Origin: Okamejei kenojei
Lineage: Eukaryota
Reading direction: 5' to 3'
Length of the DNA: 64,000 nucleotides
Assembly: GCA_035221665.1 (NCBI GenBank)
Contig: CM069154.1
Coordinates: forward strand, 5,084,001 to 5,148,000
Made by a program: the position numbers and the translations under genes. Positions 54,921-64,000 of the stretch are shown here, in pieces (within the stretch, counting starts at the first letter, position 1; every line of letters starts with the position of its first letter). The notes beneath the pieces are model-generated. The model made no database searches and had not been told where the DNA came from. It saw only the letters and a list, made by a program, of their open reading frames with translations.

Positions 54921-57902
54921 CCACCTCCCCCAGCCTCCTCACCACGGACAATGCACCTATCAGGAGTGAGCTGCAATGCTCTCCTGTTGCCTGGATTGGA
55001 GCATCTCCTCGAAGCTCTGCTTCATTCTGGTGACGTTTGCCCAATTGACTGGCGCTCTGTCCACCACCGCAAACATTCCTTGCCCACCCCTCAACCCCCT
55101 CCCAAATGTGGGCACACTGTTTCTGAACTTGTGTTGGTTTAGGAGGCGGAGATCAGCCATGTTTGAATGGCGGGTAGACTTGATGGGCCGAATGGCCAAA
55201 TTCTACTCCTGGAATGTTGTGAGCATCTTCACAGAAAATTGTGAGTCTGTGGAATCCTCTGCCTCAGAGGGCGGTGGAGGCCGGTTGCCTGGATACTTTC
55301 AAGAGAGAACTAGATAGGGCTCTTAAAGATAGCGGAGTCAGGGGATATGGGAGAAGGCAGGAACGGGTACTGATTGTGGATGATCAGCTGGCTCGAAGGG
55401 CCAAATAGCCAATCCTGCACCTATAGTTTATTGTCTATTGTCTATTGCCACATGCAATCAGATAAGTCCAGTCATGTCACCAGATAAACTCCTTGAAGGA
55501 CAATTTACATATTTGAGCATCGGAGACCAGGTAAAGCTTAGTTTGAGGATGTGATTCATAAAATCGTAGAGTGATACAGCACGGAAACAGCTTGCCAATG
55601 CCGATGAAGATGCCCCATGTACGCTAGTCCCTCTTTCGTTTAGTTTAGTTTAGAGATACAATACAGAAACAGGCCCTCTGGCCCACCGTGTCCCACCATC
55701 CAGTGATCCCCCGCACAGCAACACAAATGTTTACATTTACACCAACCCAATTAACCTATAAACCTGTACATCTTTGGAGTGTGGGAGGAAACTGAAGTTC
55801 TCGGAGAAAACTATGTACAGACAAGCACCTGAAGCCGGGATTGAACCCGGGTATCTGCCGCTGTTATGCAATGCAAGGCAGCAACTCTACAGCTGCGCCA
55901 CCGTAAAAACCAGGCCTGCATTTGACCCCTGTCCCTACAAACCTTTCCTATCCACGTTCCATGTCCTAATGCTTTTAAATGTTGTTAATAGTACCCGTCC
56001 CCACTACCTCCTCTGGACGTGCTCCTTCCATGTACCCATCAGCTTCTGTGAGATAACATTGTTGAGGTAGGATTAGGGTTGTGTGAGGGAGAAGACAAAG
56101 GAGATTGCATATACTAGAATCTGGAACAATAGGCAGAACACCTGAAAATCTCAACGGGTCAAGCAGCATCTGTGGAGGCAAAAAGTGCATGTTTGTATTC
56201 CGGCCGAGACACTACTTCCGACTGAGGTTGAAAACTGGATGTTTACCAATATATGGCAAACAAAGAGGAGATGGGTCAAACGCGGGCAAGTGGGACAAGT
56301 GGACTAGGGCGGCACGGTGGCGCAGTGGTAGAGCTGCTGCTTTACAGCGCTTACTGTCGGGTTTGATCCTGACTATGGGTGCTGTCTGTATGGAGTTTGT
56401 ACGTTTTCCCCGTGACCGCCTGGGTTTTCTCCAAGATCTTCAGTTTCCTCCCACACTCCAAAAACATATAGGTTAGTTGGTTAGTTGGCTTGGTATAAGT
56501 GTAAATAGTCCCGAGTGCGTGTAGGATAGTGTTAATGCGGTGGGATCACTGTTCGGTGCGAACTCGGTGGGCTGAAGGGCCAGTTTCCACGCTGTATCTC
56601 TAAACTAAACTAAACTAGTTTAGGTTTAAAATAGAAATGCATATGCTGGAAAAATCGATGTAGACAAAAATGCTGGAGAAACTCAGCGGGTGAGGCAGCA
56701 CCTATGGAGCGAAGGAATAGGTGATGTTTCGGGTCGAGACCCTTCTTCAGACTGATGTGGAGGTGGGTCTGCGGGGCGGGAAGAAGAAAGGAAGAGGCGG
56801 AGACAGTAGGCTAATTGGCTTCTGTAGGTTAATTGGCTTCTGTAAATTGTACCTAGTGTGCACGATAGAACTAGTGTATGGGTGATTGCTGGTCAGAGCG
56901 AACTTAGTGGGGCAAAGGGCATGTTTCCATGCTGTATCTCTAAACTAAACTAAACATGACAGGAACAAGCCCTCGGGCCCACAATGTCATTGCCGAACGT
57001 AATGCCAGGAACCAGGCCATCTCATAGATGAACTGAGGCCCAGGCCAATTTCAATTTCAGAATTTCAAGCAGAAGCCCCTCAATTTTAGAGGCCCCCAAA
57101 TCAAGATCCCTTTGAGGCTACAGGCATGAGGCCCATGACAAATGGCACTCGTTGCCCCCCCTCTGATAGTGCTTGCCCTGAACAAACCCTTATCTGCCTG
57201 CACATAATCCATATCTCTCCAGCCCTGCATATCCATGTGCTTATCTAAAAGTCTCTTACATCACACTCTCGTGTTCATTTCCAATAGGTTTGAAGAAGCT
57301 GTTTGTGAAACAGGTGGAGTATAATTTCAAGCTTTTATATCTTCTGCCTTGATGGGAGAGGAGAGAAGAGGGGACGGCTGGGGTGAAAAAGGTCCTTAAT
57401 TATGTTGTCTGCTTTCTTGAGGCATCGTGAGGTATAGATGGCACAATGGTGGGATACGGTGCATCTATAGAATCTATAACATAGATAGGTGATGTTTCGG
57501 GTCGGGGTCCTTCTTCAGACCCGTCAAAATGTAGAAACAAGAAACCAAAGATACTGGTTTACACAAAAGACACAAAGTGCTGGAGTAACTCAGTGGGTTA
57601 GACAGCATGCCTGGAGATCAAATAGAAAAAAAATAACTGCAAAAGCTTGTTTACAAAAAGAGCAAGCAGTTGTGTTTGCCTCACCACATCCACACTTGAT
57701 AACATTAACAAACAATTGTTCCTTCCTATTTTTTCTAAGTTGCTTCATACTTTTATTGTTTGGCCAATAAAATTTAATAATAAAAAATGTAACACATTAC
57801 ATTATGTTTAAGAAAGAACTGCAGATGCTGGCAAAAGCATAGGTAGACAAAAATGCTGGAGAAACTCAGCGGGTGAGGCAGCATCTATGGAGCGAAGGAA
57901 TA

Positions 57903-57936
57903 GGTGACGTTTCGGGTCGAGACCCTTCTTCAGACT
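57903..57936 (-). ncRNA. Minimal type-I hammerhead ribozyme core in a Penelope pLTR
   Basis: - strand reads agt-CTGAAGA-a-GGGTctcgACCC-GAAA-C-GTC-acc: intact catalytic boxes, stem II, palindromic ACGT stem III and a GUC site. Confidence 0.6.
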
Positions 57937-60900
57937 TATTTTATGGTCAGTATTGCAAGTGGCAATATAAACTGGAAGGTAAAAAAACAAAGCTTCTGCA
58001 TAGCGGTAGAGTTGCTGCCTTACAGCTACAGAGACCCAGGTTCGATCCTGGCAATGGGTGCTGTCTGCACTGAGTTTGTATGTTGTCCCTCTGACCACGT
58101 GGGTTTCCTCCCATATTCCAAAGACGTGCAGGTTTGTAGGTTTTAATGTAACCCCAAAGACCATATCTTTATATTGTTAGTTGGTTACATGGTTAAATCG
58201 TTGGTTATATGGTTAACTATGTTACAGGTGACAATAAACTAAACTAACATACTAGGTTAGTTGGCTTCTGTAAATTGACTCTAGTGTGTAAGATAGACCC
58301 TGTGTAGGGGTGGTTGTTGGTCGGCGCTGACTCGATGGGCCAAAGGGCCTGTTTCCGCGCTGTATCTCTAAACGTAAAAGTCCAAGTAGAACTAAAACTG
58401 ACACAAAAAATTAGTTTCTAGCTTAGCTTAGATTCTAATAAATATATAAGGTTTGTGTACAACACATGGCCTGGAGAGAATGAATGTGAAGAGGATGTTT
58501 CCACTAGGAGATTTAGGACCAGAGGCCACAGCCCCAGAATAAAAGGATATACATTTAGAAAGGAGATGAGGAGGAATTTCTTTAGTCAGAGGTTGGTGAA
58601 TCTGTGGATTTCATTGCCACAGATGGCTGTGGAGGCAAATCAATGAATATTTTTAATGCGGAAATTGATAGTTTCTTGATTAGTACGGATGCAGAGGTTA
58701 TGGGAAGAAGGGAGGAGAAAAGGGTTGAGAGAGAAAGATAGGTCAGCCAAGATTGAATGGTGGAGTAGATCTGCTCCTATCACTTATAAACCTATGAACG
58801 TGAGTTTAAATATGTTCTGATGTGGCCATTTTCAATTTGATGTATTTTCTAGAATCGAAAGACAAGAGATCTCACAGAGAGGATAACAATGAAACCCAGG
58901 TAAGGATGTGAAGTGTGAATTGTCTGAATTTTTGAGAATATAGAAACTAATATTATGTAGCATAACACAGGCCATTCAGCCCCACTAGTCCACTCCAGCG
59001 TTAATACTAAACGCCAATCTCTATGCATCCTTCTTCATTAAACCCCATCAACATCAACAAGGGTGGCACTCAGGGTGGGACAGCTTGTAGAGCTGCTGCC
59101 TCACAGCGCCAGAGACCCAGGTTCAATCCTGACCGCGTGGAGTTTGTACATTCTCCCTGCGACCACGTGAGTTTCCTCCAGGTGCTCCAGTTTCCATCCA
59201 CATCTCAAAGACGTGTGGGTTTGTAGGTTAATTGGCTTCTGCAAATTGTCCCTTGCTTTTCGCGAGGGGATAAGAAAATGGGATAACAGAACATAATTCT
59301 TTATGGCTCTAAATCACTGAAGTCCGATTAAAGACATCTCAAAGTTTTCCAATGAGGTAGATGAGAGGTCAGGACAGCAGTGAAGCTGATGTGTGGGACA
59401 TCTTTTACCCAGGGGATAAAATTCTCCTAAATTACATCAACGATGCTCAGAATTATCTGTCCCTTGCGACAACACATCCTCAGTAAATGCCCCTCTGATC
59501 CCTCGGGGTGACATGGTGGGACACAACGGTAGCATTACGGCCTTACAGCGCCAGAGACCCAGGTTCGATCCTGACTATGGGTTCTGTCTGTACAAAATTT
59601 GTACATTCTCCCCGTGACCACGTGGATTTTCTCCAAGATCTTCGGTTTGCTACGACACTCCAAAGACGTACAGGTTTGTAAGTTAATTGGCTTGGTAAAT
59701 TGGATAATTGGCTTGGGAACACGTGGTATCCACGAGGACATGGGGGGCCTTCTGTGAACGCTGGTCGCCGCGGGAGGTAGAGTGTTTTGTTGGCAAAGAT
59801 GGCGATATACTAATTTGATGATCGTTTGTTTGTAAATTGTCAACATAGGCAGTCTTTGATTGTGTTAATACTCTGTATGTTTATTTTTATTTTTTGAATA
59901 AAAGTATTTACATAATAATTAAAGAAACACTTTGGACAGCACTCAGGGCTGAGCTGAGGCCACAAAGTAACTCAACGCGTTAGGCAAAAGATTCTGTACT
60001 CTTAAAATTTCACCTTTAAATGTCCTCCATTTCTCTTCTCCATCCTTCCCATAAAACAAAATGTCCCAATTCACTCCTTTAAAATCCTTTCTTAAGCAGA
60101 GCTGTGCAAAGATACAAAATAGGAACAATATCACAAGATCCACTGGGATCATATTTGCTTTAAAAACAGAAAACTATGGACCTTGAATTTCTTTATTTCA
60201 TGATCTCCTTCTCGGGTAAGTGCCTGCAATTGGTCTTGGCTGCATATTGGTACATGCTGATAGATAGATTAGGTTTTAGTGGAACTAAGGACAATTGGGA
60301 GAGGTTGACTTGCCTAATGATAAGATTGTTCACATCAACAGTTGGGCGGCACGGTGGTTGCAGCGGTAGAGTGGCTGCCTTACATCGCCAGAGATCCGGG
60401 TTCAATCCTGACTATGGGTGCTGTCTGTATGGAGTTTGTACGTTCTCCTCGTGACTCCAGAGATGTACATATTTATGTTAATTGGCTTAGTATAATTGTA
60501 AACCAACCCCTCTTTGTCCCTAGTGTGTGTAGGATAGTGCTCGTGTGCTTGAATCTCTGGTCGGCGTGGACTCCGTGCGCCGACGAGCCAGTTTCGGCGC
60601 TGTACGTCTACACTAAACTAAACAACGTTCGCTTGTATGGATTGGAAATCATTCAGTCTCCATTATCCAACCTCTATATTCTGCAATGTATATTGTTCAC
60701 AGAAGATCAAACATACCCAACTATGGGAACTGGTCGAATCTGAGGGGCCGACCCCTCTTTGTACTTGTGGGAGGTTGATGCACACAAATCAGTTCTCTTG
60801 CCTCCTACATTACGACAGTGACTGCATTAAAAACCTCATGATTGTCTGCAAATTGTTTGGAAATTCTCTGACGATATTTCAAGTCATCCTTGTTTCCTCT

Positions 60901-63900
60901 GTTTTGTGCAGCATCTGTTCTTGATAGATTGATTTGAATTTTCTTTCCAAATAATTAAAGCCATTTTAAGCATTTTAATTCCGAGCACACTTATCCGTTA
61001 TCTATACTTTTTAATTGGTTTCGGCTTCACTAACTGGGCTGGAAGCCAACCCAAAAATGTTGCTTATGCTTCTCCACAGATTCTGCCCAACCCGCTGAGT
61101 TACTCCAGCACTTCATGTCCTGTTCTGAGCCTATCGTGTCAGTATAAGGATGGTTAGGTAATTGGGGGAAAATGTAATATGATATGAAGAATTGTGAAAT
61201 TATCTATCTTGACATGAAGCAAAGAAAAGCAGAATATTTTTTAAGAGCTGCCAGAATGGTTTAAACTTTGGCATTCCTTGGAATCTCGCTGTCACGTTTG
61301 TGAACCCGTTTCAATTATGTGAGGAGTTCAGGAAGTGAAAAAAACGTACTTAAAGCAATATACATATATCTCGGAATGAAGTAAAGACATAATATTTTAA
61401 TGCAGCAAGAAATTATGATTTGCCAGTTTCACATTTAAACATTCAAATGAAACAGATGTCTCTTGCCGAGAGTAGGTGAATTGTGGACCAGAGGACATAA
61501 GGTTAAGGTGAAGGGGAAAAGATTTAATAGAAATTTGATGGGTAACTTTTTCACATGTAGGGTGGTGGACGTATGGAACAAGTTGCCAGAGGAGATAGTT
61601 GAGGCTGGAACTATCCCAACATTCCAGAAACAGTTAAACACGTACATGGATAAGACAAGTTTGGAGGGATATGGGCAAAACATGGGCAGTTGGGATTAGT
61701 GTAACTGGGACATGTTGGCAAATTGGGCCGAAGGGCCTATTTTCATGCTGTATCACTCTATGACTCTATGTAGGGTGAATTAGAATTTGATGAGAGAAAC
61801 AATAGACAATAGGTGCAGGAGTAGGCCATTCGGCCCTTCGAGCCAGCACCGCCATTCAATGTGATCATGGCTGATCATCCACAATCAGTACCCCATTCCT
61901 GCCTTCTCCCTAGATCCCCTGACACCGCTATCCTTAAAGAGCCCTATCTAGCTCTCTCTTGAAAGTATCCAGAATCCAGAGAACGTCTGTGGATATTTTT
62001 AAGGCAGAGATGGATGGATTCTTAATTAGTACAGGTGTCTTAGGTTATGGGGAGAAGGCAGGAAAGTGGGGTTAGGAGGGAGAGATGGATCAGCCATGAT
62101 TGAATGGCGGAGTAGACTTGATGGGCCGAATGGCCTAATTCTACACTTATCACCTATGAACATTTTACACAGCAATTCAATTGGTAATAAAGTGAAAAGT
62201 TCACATTCTGGAGAGCCAGCTTTGAGTTCTAGTCTACGTACTGCTGTCTTTTGGGTGAATGTCAGGATGTACAGAAGTGTCTGCAAGCATTGGTGCCTTT
62301 TTGGCAGTGACTCCGATAAATAAAAAGTTTGGAGCTGAGTTCCAGAGGTCACCCCTCACCCTGCCACTATGTCCTACAGTGGTATAGGACAGGCAGCACA
62401 CCCTCCCCACTGACGATCAAGGAGCCTCTGTGTAGATAGATGATCAGATCAATCCAGGTCATGTTCATAAGTTATAAGAGCTGAATTAGGACATTCGGCC
62501 CATCAAGTCCACTCCGTCATTCATTCAATCATGGATGATCTATCTTTTTCTCTCGACCCCATTCTCCTGCCTTCTCCCCATAATCCCTGACACCCGGACT
62601 AATCAAGCATTTATCAATCTCCGCCTTAGAAATACCCATTGGCCTCCCCATCCTTCGATTGCAATGATTTCCACTTGATTCACCACCCTCTGACTAAAGA
62701 AATTCCTTCTCATCTCCTATCTCAAAGTATGTCCTTTTATTCTGAGCCTAGGGCACAGATTCATCACCCTCTCTCTCAAGGGTGTCTTGGGTGACTTACT
62801 CAGGCTAACTGGGCCACACCAAGGGCCAGCGTAGACATCCAGCGAAAGGTTAGTCTGTGGCAGGGTGTGGTGGAGATGCCCCTCAAAATAAGGGAAGGTA
62901 TTCCACGCCAGTGGGCCACATGAGTGGCGAGGGTGAGGGGTAAATTTGTGTAATTTGTGTAAACAGTATTGAATGTATGTTTCGCCTCCGAGAATGTCGG
63001 ATGGAGTTTTGTAAGGATCATGTATTGTATATATTTATTTGTTGAATAAAGTATTTTTTGAAATTAAAAAAAAAACGGAGTCAGAGTTGTTGGTTCAACT
63101 CCCACTCCTGAAGCCCGAGGACTGATGGAGTGCGGTACTGAGGGAGTTCACCACTGCTGGAGGTGAAGTCACTTTGCCGAGGCATTTAGCTGATCTGCTG
63201 ACTGCTCTGTCCCAAGTCACTGAGAAAGGTCACCTGGAGGTAGTTCGTGCCAGAATAGTGGAGAGTCTCCTTGTTCTGGGGGCAAGAGTTATCCGTACAA
63301 ACCAAGATCAACAAGGCAAGCTGTAGGTAGTTATCTCCCTTCTCTACAGGGATCTAGCTGTGTGCAATTTGGCTGCACATAGCACAACGATAATCGTTGA
63401 TGGAAGTCTCTACTGAAACTAGCGAGTGTTGAGCAATTTATCATTAGCACCTCACCCAGTACAGTGAGGCCCGTGGCTAAACATAATTCAAGGCGCTTAG
63501 TAAATAATTCTAAAGAACAGAGCATTTTATAATGGTTCGCACCAGAATAGTGGAGGATCTCCTTGTTCTGGGGCAAGAGGTATCCCATCAACCAAGGACA
63601 CCAAAGTAATCTGTAGAATAGTTTTTTAAAGGGAGCTTGTTGTGTCCAAATTAGATGCACACAAGACTGCAAGGGCGGAAATGTAGAAACAAGGAACTGC
63701 ACATACTGGTTTATACCAAAGATAGGCACAAAGTGTTGGAGCATCTCAGGGGTCAAGCAGTTTCTCTGGAGGATGGGTAACATTTCGGGATGGGACCCTT
63801 CAGAGTGGTCCTGACCTCCCAACTACCCCATTTGAGACCTTGGAACTATCTTTAATCGGATTTTACTAGACTGTATCTTGCACTGAACATTATTCCCTTT

Positions 63901-64000
63901 ATCCCGTACCGGTACCCTGTGGATGGCTTGATTGTAATCGTGTTCAGTGTTTTCACTGACTGGATAGCGTAGAGCAGAAAAGCTTTTCACTCCACCTCAG

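Overview
Repeat-rich vertebrate genomic DNA, almost certainly from a cartilaginous fish (HE1-type V-SINEs, CR1 LINEs and Penelope-derived repeats typical of elasmobranchs). Two assembly gaps are present. The + strand carries the last nine coding exons and 3' UTR of an AHCYL1/IRBIT-type gene (38-~18910). Facing it tail-to-tail on the - strand is a small CD300/pIgR-family immune receptor cluster. Gene 1 is complete: six exons (54774-39809), 301 aa, leader, one V-set Ig domain, mucin stalk, TM and a tail with two ITIMs and a YxN motif. Gene 2 has two intact V-set exons (32037-30067), but its leader, TM and tail exons appear degraded, and an LTR remnant could supply a secreted terminus. Mobile DNA includes a 5'-truncated L1 flanked by a ~190-bp duplication, CR1 pieces, hAT/Harbinger/P-like MITEs with clear TSDs, and many Penelope-derived mini-elements carrying minimal hammerhead-ribozyme cores. 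All exon boundaries were read by hand from splice signals and phase matching; no searches were run.
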